The position numbers were made by a program, and so were the translations under genes. The notes beneath the pieces were generated by a model. It saw only the letters and a program-made list of their open reading frames with translations, did no database searches and was not told where the DNA came from. From positions 2,096,784-2,160,783 of the forward strand of contig OZ244239.1 of NCBI GenBank assembly GCA_965217115.1: a stretch of 64,000 nucleotides of DNA, in the 5' to 3' direction. The stretch's first letter is position 1. Every line of letters starts with the position of its first letter. Origin of the DNA: Bdellovibrionales bacterium. GTDB taxonomy: Bacteria > Bdellovibrionota > Bdellovibrionia > Bdellovibrionales > CAYMLA01. Positions 56,615 to 64,000 of the stretch are shown here, piece after piece.

Positions 56615-57145
56615 ATGGAAGCGAAAATAAAACAGGAAGGCGATGTCAATATCGTGCGGCTGTCTGGAAAAATTGATTTGGATACGGTGAACAAGTTTCG
56701 TACAGCCTGTTTAGAGAGACTTGTGAACAGGAAAGTGGTGATCAGTATGGGTGAACTTTTCTTTGTTGGTTCAAACGGGATAGTTATTTTCTTAGAAACT
56801 CTTAAGGAGCTAGGAAAGAGAAATACAAGAAGCATCAGAGTGTGTGGTGCTCGCCCTGAGTTCCTAAAGATATTTGCCGCGCACAATCTTGATAGGGTTG
56901 ATGCCTATGATGATGAGAGAAAAGCGATGGTGTCCTTTAGTTATGCTCAACCTCAAATCGATTTTTTGCCCAAGAGAAAAGAGACAATATTCCAATCAAA
57001 CATTCAAACATCCTTTAAAGAAAAAGAAAAAGAACAGGAGCAATCACAAACAGCATCCGCTGAAAGTCAGAGAGATGAAGAGAGAGAAGGGATTTACCCC
57101 GATTTTTCTGAACAAGTCCGCAATGGGAAGTTTAATTATAAGTGA
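56615..57145 (+). CDS. STAS-domain protein (anti-sigma-factor-antagonist-like) with an acidic C-terminal extension
   Basis: VNIVRLSGKIDLDTVNKFRTACLE...ELFFVGSNGIVIFLETL fits the SpoIIAA/STAS pattern. Confidence 0.6.
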   Translation: MEAKIKQEGDVNIVRLSGKIDLDTVNKFRTACLERLVNRKVVISMGELFFVGSNGIVIFLETLKELGKRNTRSIRVCGARPEFLKIFAAHNLDRVDAYDDERKAMVSFSYAQPQIDFLPKRKETIFQSNIQTSFKEKEKEQEQSQTASAESQRDEEREGIYPDFSEQVRNGKFNYK

Positions 57146-57309
57146 AACTCTCCATCGACGGTCACACAATCAAATTATCTTAAGGACACCAAAGTATTTC
57201 CAGGTGATTCACCACTCCAGCCATAAATATATCCTATTACAGTCATATTTATAAGTTATTATATTTATCAACCCCCGTTTGATAGCTTATCTTCTTAAGG
57301 AGACAAGTT

Positions 57310-57573
57310 ATGGAGACATTAGGGGAGAGGTTAAGAAAACTAAGGGAGCAAAGAGGGTTTTCGATCTCGGAGATTTCTAAGAGCATATCTGTCAGCCCGA
57401 GCACATATAGAGATTGGGAGTATGGCAGGGAGATTAAAGGTGAGCCCTATGTTAGGATTGCTGATTATTTCAATGTCTCCTTAAATTATCTATTAACTGG
57501 TCGAGAACTTGATATTGAAAACTCCCTTCAAGAGGTGGAGAGGCATGTAAAAATTATACGGTCCTTTCTGTAG
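57310..57573 (+). CDS. XRE-family HTH transcriptional regulator
   Basis: LGERLRKLREQRGFSISEISKSISVSPSTYRDWEYGR is a canonical Cro/C1 HTH. It lies directly upstream of the secreted-protein array. Confidence 0.7.
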   Translation: METLGERLRKLREQRGFSISEISKSISVSPSTYRDWEYGREIKGEPYVRIADYFNVSLNYLLTGRELDIENSLQEVERHVKIIRSFL

Positions 57574-57673
57574 ATCAATGGATGTGAGCGACAAACAGAT
57601 TTTACATAGGAATCAAATCCTATGGAGAGTAGGTCTTTAAAAAAATTAAAAACCTTTATAGGGAGGAATGAAT

Positions 57674-58201
57674 ATGGGAAAGGTATTATTTGGATTACTA
57701 CTAACAACGGCTATCTCACTGGGAGCGCAGACACCTTTGAATGTGATCCATTCAGGATGCACTGATAGGACATTTGCACGGAATCAAATGGATGTTGCTG
57801 AGCATGGTGATAGTATATATTTCAAACTTTCGGGATCAAGTGTTTTCAATTTAACAACTGATCCCTGGGATTTCTATTTGATCACTAAGAGTTTTAAGAT
57901 TAAAAAGTCTGATTGTGAATTCAGTGATAATAAGCGAATCATTTACTGCAACTATTCTTCTGAAGTCGATGTCACTGTTTACACCCCGTCTCTAGCTCTA
58001 GAAGGCTTGGATAAGTCTTCTGTCGTCAAAGTGAAAGGATTAAGATTAGAGGTTCGGTATTTTAGTTCTGCTAGGCCCTTTGTAGGTTCTGGCTTTGAGT
58101 TATCTACTCAATACAAAGTGGGAGACACTGACGAATACACAACAAACAATGCTGTGTTTCATGGCACTAAAGAGCTGGGTTGTACAAACCCTTTTGAATA
58201 G
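57674..58201 (+). CDS. Small secreted 4-Cys protein, type A (array member 1)
   Basis: The second ATG lies 7 nt after GGGAGG. The signal is MGKVLFGLLLTTAISLGA/QTP. The conserved Cys residues are in GCTD, SDCEF, IYCN and GCTNPFE. Confidence 0.65.
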   Translation: MGKVLFGLLLTTAISLGAQTPLNVIHSGCTDRTFARNQMDVAEHGDSIYFKLSGSSVFNLTTDPWDFYLITKSFKIKKSDCEFSDNKRIIYCNYSSEVDVTVYTPSLALEGLDKSSVVKVKGLRLEVRYFSSARPFVGSGFELSTQYKVGDTDEYTTNNAVFHGTKELGCTNPFE

Positions 58202-58335
58202 CAAGAAAAGAATGACCGTTACTTTAGAGGTTTCTCCATAGCGTGTGCGATCTGTTGGGAGAGACTTTTGAGTTGATATAAATAAAGCAACTAAGAGTAA
58301 GTCTTTAAAAAAATTAAAAACCTTTATAGGGAGGA
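58202..58335. repeat. Array spacer containing a short IS-relic segment plus a conserved promoter/RBS region
   Basis: ACCGTTACTTTAGAGGTTTCTCCATAGCGTGTGCGATCTGTTGGGAGAGACTTTTGAGTTGATATAAATAAA...TTAAAAACCTTTATAGGGAGGA recurs at 58846-58983 and 59536-59673, and in a longer form at 60181-60400 and 63742-64000. Confidence 0.8.
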
Positions 58336-58341
58336 ATGAGC

Positions 58342-58845
58342 ATGGGAAAGGTATTATTTGCATTACTACTAACAACGGCGATCTCACTGGGAGCGCAGAC
58401 ACCTTTGAATGTGATTAATTCAAAATGCATTGATATGTCATATGCATACAATCAAATGGATGTTGCTGAGCGTGGTGATAGTCTATATTTGAAACTTTCG
58501 GGAGCAACTATTTTCAATTTATCAACTGATCCCTGGGATTCCTCTCTGATCACTAAGAGTTTTCAGATTAAAAAATCTGATTGTGAATTCAGTGATAATA
58601 AGCGACACATTTTCTGTGACAGTGTTTCTGAAGTCGATGTCACTGTTCATACCTTGTTTTCAGAAGGTTTGGATAAGCCTTCTGTCGTCAAAGTGAAAGA
58701 ATTAAGTTTAGAGGTTCGGTATTTTAGTTCTGCTAATCATCATCTAACAGACTCCTTTTTTGGGTTATCTATTAGATACAAATTGGGAGACACTGGTAAA
58801 TACATAACAAACAAAAGCTTGTTTAATAATTGTACAAGCCTTTGA
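58342..58845 (+). CDS. Small secreted 4-Cys protein, type B (array member 2)
   Basis: Same signal peptide. It has the type B C-terminus NNCTSL, and its SDCEFSDNKRHIFCDS core is shared with type A. Confidence 0.65.
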   Translation: MGKVLFALLLTTAISLGAQTPLNVINSKCIDMSYAYNQMDVAERGDSLYLKLSGATIFNLSTDPWDSSLITKSFQIKKSDCEFSDNKRHIFCDSVSEVDVTVHTLFSEGLDKPSVVKVKELSLEVRYFSSANHHLTDSFFGLSIRYKLGDTGKYITNKSLFNNCTSL

Positions 58846-58983
58846 TAGCAAGGAAATAATGACCGTTACTTTAGAGGTTTCTCCATAACGTGTGCGATCG
58901 TGTTGGGAGAGACTTTTGAGTTGATATAAATAAACTAGTTAAGAGTAAGTTTTTAAAAAGTTAAAAACCTTATATGGGGAGGA
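58846..58983. repeat. Array spacer (copy 2)
   Basis: Alignable to 58202-58335. Confidence 0.8.
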
Positions 58984-58989
58984 ATGAAC

Positions 58990-59535
58990 ATGGGAAAGGT
59001 ATTATTTGCATTACTACTAACAACGGCGATTTCACTGGGAGCGCAGACACCTTTGAATGTTATCCATTCAGGATGCACTGATTGGGCATTTACATACAAT
59101 CAATATGCATACAATCAAATGGATGTTGCTGAGCGTGGTGATAGTATATATTTCAAACTTTTGGGATCAAGTGTTTTCAATTTAACAACTGATTCCTGGG
59201 ATTCCCATCTGATCGTTAAGAGTTTTAAGATAAAAAAGTCTGAGTGTAGATTCAGTGATAATAAGCGGCTCATTTTCTGCAATAGTGTTTCTGAAGTCGA
59301 TGTCACTGTTTACACCCCGTCTCTAGAAGGCTTGGATAAGTCTTCTGTCGTCAAAGTGAAAGGATTAAAATTAGAGGTTCGGTATTTTAGTTCTGCTAAT
59401 CCCCTAGCAAGCTCTGGCTTTGAGTTATCTACTCGATACAAAGTAGGAGACACTGACGAATACATAACAAATAATACTTTGTTTCATGGCACTAGAGAGC
59501 TGGGTTGTACAAACCCTTTTCTTGGAAAACGATGA
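58990..59535 (+). CDS. Small secreted 4-Cys protein, type A (array member 3)
   Basis: High identity to member 1. The C-terminus is GCTNPFLGKR. Confidence 0.65.
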   Translation: MGKVLFALLLTTAISLGAQTPLNVIHSGCTDWAFTYNQYAYNQMDVAERGDSIYFKLLGSSVFNLTTDSWDSHLIVKSFKIKKSECRFSDNKRLIFCNSVSEVDVTVYTPSLEGLDKSSVVKVKGLKLEVRYFSSANPLASSGFELSTRYKVGDTDEYITNNTLFHGTRELGCTNPFLGKR

Positions 59536-59673
59536 TAGCAAGGAAATAATGACCGTTACTTTAGAGGTTTCTCCATAACGTGTGCGATCGTGTTGGGAGA
59601 GACTTTTGAGTTGATATAAATAAAGCAACTAAGAGTAAGTCTTTAAAAAAATTAAAAACCTTTATAGGGAGGA
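59536..59673. repeat. Array spacer (copy 3)
   Basis: Alignable to 58202-58335. Confidence 0.8.
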
Positions 59674-59679
59674 ATGAGC

Positions 59680-60180
59680 ATGGGAAAGGTATTATTTGCA
59701 TTACTACTAACAACGGCTATCTCACTGGGAGCGCAGACACCTTTGAATGTTATCGATTCAAGATGCGTTGATAGGTCGGATGCAAATCATATGCAGGTTA
59801 ATGAGCGGGGTGATAGTATATATTTGTCACTTTCGGGATCAAGTATTTTCAATTTACCAACTGATTATTCCTGGGGTTCCCATATGAGAATTAAGATTTT
59901 TCAGATTAAAAAATCTGATTGTAAATTCAGTGATAATAAGCGACACATTTTCTGTGACAGTGTTTCTGAAGTCGATGTCACTGTTCATACCCTGTATGCA
60001 GGCTCGAACAAGCCTTCTGTCGTCAAGGTGAAAGAATTAAGTTTAGAGGTTCTGCATTTTAGTTCTGCTAATCATCATCTAACAGACTCTACCTTTGGGT
60101 TATCTACTCGATACAAAGTGGGAGACACTGGCAAATACATAACAAACAATACTTTGTTTGATAGTTGTACAAGCCTTTGA
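59680..60180 (+). CDS. Small secreted 4-Cys protein, type B (array member 4)
   Basis: High identity to member 2. The C-terminus is DSCTSL. Confidence 0.65.
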   Translation: MGKVLFALLLTTAISLGAQTPLNVIDSRCVDRSDANHMQVNERGDSIYLSLSGSSIFNLPTDYSWGSHMRIKIFQIKKSDCKFSDNKRHIFCDSVSEVDVTVHTLYAGSNKPSVVKVKELSLEVLHFSSANHHLTDSTFGLSTRYKVGDTGKYITNNTLFDSCTSL

Positions 60181-60400
60181 TAGTAAGGAAATAATGACCG
60201 TTACTTTAGAGGTTTCTCCATAACGTGTGTGATCGTGTGAACCGTTTAAGCCGTTCAATTTCAAAGAGCCTTTTCTGATGGGAGAGGCTTTTGAGTCGAT
60301 ATAAATAAACCAGTGACTGCCTTTTTTGTAAACCACGCCTTCAGGCAGAGAGTGAAGCCTTTGAGATTCAAGGTCTGACACTTCAAATCTTCGAGGGGCT
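60181..60400 (-). pseudogene. Longer relic of a transposase 3' end (IS5-family-like, degenerate)
   Basis: One minus-strand frame gives ...LYRLKSLSHQKRLFEIERLKRFTRSHTLWRNL*. From memory, this resembles the IS5/IS427-group C-terminus (LYKQRNxIERFFxxLKxFRRIATRYDKL). The array spacers carry the same sequence with an internal deletion of about 45 bp. Confidence 0.4.
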
Positions 60401-60571
60401 TTAGTCTAGATTCCCTCTCTGTTTTCTGCCAGTCTCGCCGACTTTGTTTACTTATTTCTAAGAAGCTTCGATACTGTGTATGTCGTGTAGAAACTTATAA
60501 ATGTAATAACTGGTGAGTGTTATAAATCATCGTGTAGAAAATTGAAGTAAAAACTTGAAGGAGTTTTAAGA

Positions 60572-61570
60572 ATGTTAAAGCAATCATTTTCCGCTGTGTT
60601 TTTCCTAGGGGTGGTTCTCTTATTTGGCTGTAGCACAATTGATAATAGGAGGCAGTCTAATAACAACGATCGTCTTCAGCCAGTCCGTGGGCTGGCTGAA
60701 TCAAAAGCTGCCAGCATGATTGGGCCTAATGGTGAGCCGATTCAGGCCGTTTTTGTTCCAGTCAAAGCGGGGACAGTTAAAATGGAGAGTCCGGATGATG
60801 ATGGGGGTTTACATGAAGTGCTTCTCACGAAAGATTTTGAAATACAGACGACTGAGGTGACGCAGAGGCAATGGTTTCTTGTAATGGGTCGCAACCCTTC
60901 ACATTTTAGCCCGTTTAAGATGATAGGAGTAATGGACCAGCTAGTGAATTCTCTTTTCGATCTTGAGCAGGAGAGTATAAATGACGACCATTGTCCCAGG
61001 ACTGCTATTATTAAAGAGAGTTATACTATGTGTCCAGATCACCCAGTGGAGTCGGTTTCTTGGAATCATGTGCAGATATTTATTGAGAAACTAAACAAGT
61101 ATAGTCAGGGTTATATTTACAGATTACCCACAGAAGCGGAGTGGTTATACGCCGCCCGTGGGGGGACATCCACTCCTTTTAACTCAGGGGATAATATTTC
61201 TTCAGATAGGGTGAACTACGATGGTGTTCGTCTCTATGGAAGAAGTGCCATTAAGGGTGTCTATAGAAAGCAAACAGTTGCCGTGCGTAGTCTTAGTAAT
61301 GCGAATGCTTTAGGGATTTTTGACATGGATGGAAATGTAGGGGAGTGGGTGCAGGATTGGTATGTAAAGGACCCTAAATCTGGTCCTCGGAGTGTTACTA
61401 AGACTCCCAAAGGGCCTCCCAGTAGCTGGTCCCGTGTTATACGTGGCGCTAGCTGGGCCGAGGAAGTTCGGCAATCGACGGATCGTAGACATAGAGATTG
61501 GGGGTGGCTTGCTGGTGGCGATGGGTATGCCATCGATCTGGGCTTCCGCCTTGTGAGGACTGCCAAATAA
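60572..61570 (+). CDS. FGE-sulfatase (SUMF1/EgtB/PvdO-family) domain lipoprotein, copy 1
   Basis: Lipobox VVLLFGCST. The FGE-domain blocks are FEIQTTEVTQRQW, HPVESVSW, YRLPTEAEWLYAARGG, MDGNVGEWVQDW and IRGASW. Confidence 0.8.
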   Translation: MLKQSFSAVFFLGVVLLFGCSTIDNRRQSNNNDRLQPVRGLAESKAASMIGPNGEPIQAVFVPVKAGTVKMESPDDDGGLHEVLLTKDFEIQTTEVTQRQWFLVMGRNPSHFSPFKMIGVMDQLVNSLFDLEQESINDDHCPRTAIIKESYTMCPDHPVESVSWNHVQIFIEKLNKYSQGYIYRLPTEAEWLYAARGGTSTPFNSGDNISSDRVNYDGVRLYGRSAIKGVYRKQTVAVRSLSNANALGIFDMDGNVGEWVQDWYVKDPKSGPRSVTKTPKGPPSSWSRVIRGASWAEEVRQSTDRRHRDWGWLAGGDGYAIDLGFRLVRTAK

Positions 61571-61588
61571 AGAGAAGGAGTTTTAAGA

Positions 61589-62569
61589 ATGTTAAAGCAA
61601 TCATTTTCCGCTGTGTTTTTCCTAGGGGTGGTTCTCTTATTTGGCTGTAGCACAATTGATAATAGGAGGCAGTCTAATAACAACGATCGTCTTCAGCCAG
61701 TCCGTGGGCTGGCTGAATCAAAAGCTGCCATCCTGATTGGCCCCCATGCCGAGTTTGTTCCAGTCAGAGCGGGCAAATTTGAAATGGGGAGTCCGGAAGA
61801 TGAAGACGGTCGTGGTGATGATGAGGATTTACATGGAGTGTTTCTCAGTAAAGATTTTGAAATACAGACAACTGAGGTGACGCAGAGGCAATGGTCCCAT
61901 GTAATGGGTGAGAACCCCTCAAAATTTAAACCGTTTATGTTTAAGAAGTTTGTTGGGTTCTTTGTTACGAGCCTTGATATAAATGACGACTATTGTCCCA
62001 AGACTTCTATTGTTAATATTGAAAAGGATTATACTATGTGTCCAGATCACCCAGTGGAGCAGGTTTCTTGGAATGCTGTGCAGAGTTTTATTGAGAAACT
62101 AAACAAATCTAGTCAGACTCATGTTTACAGATTACCCACAGAAGCGGAGTGGGAATACGCCGCCCGTGAAGAGGGGAGATCAACGACTCCTTTTAACTTA
62201 GGGAATAATATTTCTCCAAATAAGGTGAACTACAAGGGTCCTCGTCCCTATGGAAGTGTCCCTTGGCGTCTCTATAGAGAGCAAACAGTTGCTGTGGGTA
62301 GTCTTGATAATGCAAATGATTTAGGAGTTTTTGACATGCATGGAAATGTAGGGGAGTGGGTGCAGGATTGGCATGCAGATTACCCTAAATCTGGTCCTAG
62401 GAGTTTTACTAAGGACCCCAAAGGGCCTTCCCGTGGCTGGTCCCGTCTTATACGTGGCGGTAGCTGGCTCGACCAAGCTCGGAACACGCGATCGGCGTAT
62501 CGTACCAGTCATGCAGAAAGTGGATATGGCCCCAATACGGGCTTCCGCCTTGTGAGGACTGCCAAATAA
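61589..62569 (+). CDS. FGE-sulfatase domain lipoprotein, copy 2
   Basis: The 5' end is identical to copy 1 for the first 44 aa or so. It has YRLPTEAEWEYAARE, MHGNVGEWVQDW and IRGGSW...RSAYR. The intergenic spacer is 18 nt. Confidence 0.8.
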   Translation: MLKQSFSAVFFLGVVLLFGCSTIDNRRQSNNNDRLQPVRGLAESKAAILIGPHAEFVPVRAGKFEMGSPEDEDGRGDDEDLHGVFLSKDFEIQTTEVTQRQWSHVMGENPSKFKPFMFKKFVGFFVTSLDINDDYCPKTSIVNIEKDYTMCPDHPVEQVSWNAVQSFIEKLNKSSQTHVYRLPTEAEWEYAAREEGRSTTPFNLGNNISPNKVNYKGPRPYGSVPWRLYREQTVAVGSLDNANDLGVFDMHGNVGEWVQDWHADYPKSGPRSFTKDPKGPSRGWSRLIRGGSWLDQARNTRSAYRTSHAESGYGPNTGFRLVRTAK

Positions 62570-62587
62570 AGAGAAGGAGTTTTAAGA

Positions 62588-63595
62588 ATGTTAAAGCAAT
62601 CATTTTTCGCTGTGTTTTTCCTAGGGGTGGTTCTCTTATTTGGCTGTAGCACAATTGATAATAGGAAGCTGTCTAATAACAAGGATCGTCTTCAGTCAGT
62701 CCGTGGGCTGGCAGGATCAAAAGATGCCATCCTGATTGGCCCCCATGCCGAGTTTGTTCCAGTCAAAGCGGGCAAATTTGAAATGGGGAGTCCGGATGAT
62801 GAATTCGGGCATTATGAGAATGAAAATTTACATGAAGTGCTTCTCACCAAAGATTTTGAAATACAGACGACTGAGGTGACGCAGAGGCAATGGTTTTATG
62901 TAATGGGTGACAACCCTTCACGTTTTAAACCAGTGGTGGTTAGGGAGTCTGTGATGTTTTTTCTTGAGCGCGATCGTATAGATGACGACTATTGTCCAAA
63001 GACTGCTATTATTAATATTATTAAAAGGAGTTATACTCTGTGTCCAGATCACCCAGTGGAGTCGGTTTCCTGGGATGATGTGCAGAGGTTTATTGAGAAA
63101 CTAAACAAATCTAGTCAGGTTTATGTTTACAGATTACCCACAGAAGCGGAGTGGGAATACGCCGCCCGTGAAGGGGGGAGATCAACAACTCCTTTTAATC
63201 TGGGGGAGAGTATTTCTCCAGATAAGGTGAACTACCATAGTAATCGTAATCGTAATCGTTATAGTCCCTATAATAGTATGGTCCCTCATGGTCTCTCTAG
63301 AGGGCAAACAGTTGCTGTGGGTAGTCTTGGTAATCGGAATGCTTTAGGGATTTTTGACATGCATGGAAATGTGGGGGAGTGGGTGCAGGATTGGTATGGA
63401 AAGTACCCTAAATCTGGTCCTAGGAGTTTTACTAAGGACCCCAAAGGGCCTTCCCGTGGCTGGACTCGTCTTATACGTGGCGGTAGCTGGGTCGACGTCG
63501 CTGGGGACACGCGATCGGCCTATCGTGAAAGTCGGATGGAAAGTGGATATAGCTCCCATACGGGCTTCCGCCTTGTGAGGACTTTTAAAGAGTAG
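62588..63595 (+). CDS. FGE-sulfatase domain lipoprotein, copy 3
   Basis: Same architecture, with an NRNRNR insertion and IRGGSW...RSAYR. The intergenic spacer is 18 nt. Confidence 0.8.
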   Translation: MLKQSFFAVFFLGVVLLFGCSTIDNRKLSNNKDRLQSVRGLAGSKDAILIGPHAEFVPVKAGKFEMGSPDDEFGHYENENLHEVLLTKDFEIQTTEVTQRQWFYVMGDNPSRFKPVVVRESVMFFLERDRIDDDYCPKTAIINIIKRSYTLCPDHPVESVSWDDVQRFIEKLNKSSQVYVYRLPTEAEWEYAAREGGRSTTPFNLGESISPDKVNYHSNRNRNRYSPYNSMVPHGLSRGQTVAVGSLGNRNALGIFDMHGNVGEWVQDWYGKYPKSGPRSFTKDPKGPSRGWTRLIRGGSWVDVAGDTRSAYRESRMESGYSSHTGFRLVRTFKE

Positions 63596-63741
63596 ACTTA
63601 AATTTTGACCCTCTCCCAGAACGACAGTTCCCTTGGAAAAGAATATTGAGGTTCTTCGTGATTATATGATATGGGGTTGTTTAATCTTCTTAGAGATTGG
63701 AGATATCTTGGAGGGAAGTAAAAGATATCTCTGACATATTG

Positions 63742-64000
63742 TTTTTACTTTAGAGGTTGGGCATAGCGTGTGCGATAGAATGAACTTTCAGGCATGAATA
63801 TTTTCCCTGACAGGGAAGGGTTTGCCCGATCACCTTCAGATAGATTTGATTTTTTAGATATTTTCTGTGTGAATCGTCTAAGCCGTTCAATTTCAAAGAG
63901 CCTTTTCTGATGGGAGAGGCTTTTGAGTCGATATAAATAAACCAGTGACTGCCTTTTTTGTAAACCACGCCTTCAAGGGTGATATTTTTTCCTGAAGCCC
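63742..64000 (-). pseudogene. Second long copy of the IS-relic; it runs off the window
   Basis: 63870-63975 is near-identical to 60240-60345 (CCGTTCAATTTCAAAGAGCCTTTTCTGATGGGAGAGGCTTTTGAGTCGATATAAATAAACCAGTGACTGCCTTTTTTGTAAACCACGCCTTCA). The ends diverge. Confidence 0.5.

Noticed and set aside
57674-63595. The idea that the small secreted 4-Cys proteins are substrates of the neighbouring FGE-like lipoproteins.
   Set aside because: The C-terminal Cys motifs (GCTNPF, NCTSL) do not match the FGE recognition motif C-x-P-x-R. The four conserved Cys residues are more simply explained as two disulfides. Adjacency may be due only to the shared IS-relic-mediated amplification.

Overview
This is a 64-kb chromosomal window from a moderately AT-rich Gram-negative bacterium. 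It is probably a Bdellovibrio-and-like organism or another member of Bdellovibrionota. That is a low-confidence inference from two TIGR02147-type HTH paralogs, many lipoprotein or secreted paralog families, and LptD, Lnt and heptosyltransferase envelope genes.

Layout:
1. 1-21 kb holds ordinary housekeeping, envelope and repair genes: aldehyde dehydrogenase, polysaccharide deacetylase, PAP2, a GT9 heptosyltransferase, an MFS transporter, a THUMP methyltransferase, mutS2, lnt, an S8 protease, htpX, a DEDD exonuclease and a DUF885 protein.
2. 21-46 kb is an accessory block. Two loci, each a TIGR02147 regulator plus secreted proteins (21-23.5 kb and 42-45.8 kb), bracket a visibly more AT-rich defense island of about 18 kb (23.7-41.9 kb).
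3. The island contains a six-gene type I R-M operon: hsdM, HEPN, an MNT domain fused in frame to hsdS, a 2-TM protein, an Abi_C/HEPN-like protein, and hsdR.
4. The island also contains a SIR2-HerA pair, a TIR-like (DUF1863-type) protein translationally coupled to a small 3-TM protein, a Sel1-repeat protein, and a HigA-like HTH gene next to a truncated putative toxin.
5. The last island module is a type II R-M (C protein, PD-ExK nuclease, m5C methyltransferase) whose methyltransferase is co-operonic with a GmrSD-like DUF262/DUF1524 gene.
6. The accessory block ends at an IS3 transposase relic and tRNA-Gly(GCC).
7. 46-56.4 kb is a conserved core: trhO, prfC, ffh, rpsP, a KH protein, rimM, trmD, rplS, rnhB, yraN and lptD.
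8. 56.6-64 kb holds a STAS protein, an XRE regulator, an A-B-A-B tandem array of four small secreted 4-Cys proteins with IS-relic spacers, and a tandem triplication of FGE-sulfatase-domain lipoproteins.

A structured dispersed repeat of about 350 bp with a 24-bp perfect inverted repeat occurs twice (about 9.0 kb and 22.6 kb). No rRNA genes, CRISPR arrays, integrases or intact transposases were seen.

The best candidates for undescribed systems are the TIR-like plus 3-TM pair (34582-35638) and the 2-TM plus Abi_C pair embedded in the type I R-M operon (27329-28562). The HEPN / MNT::HsdS fusion is a third candidate.
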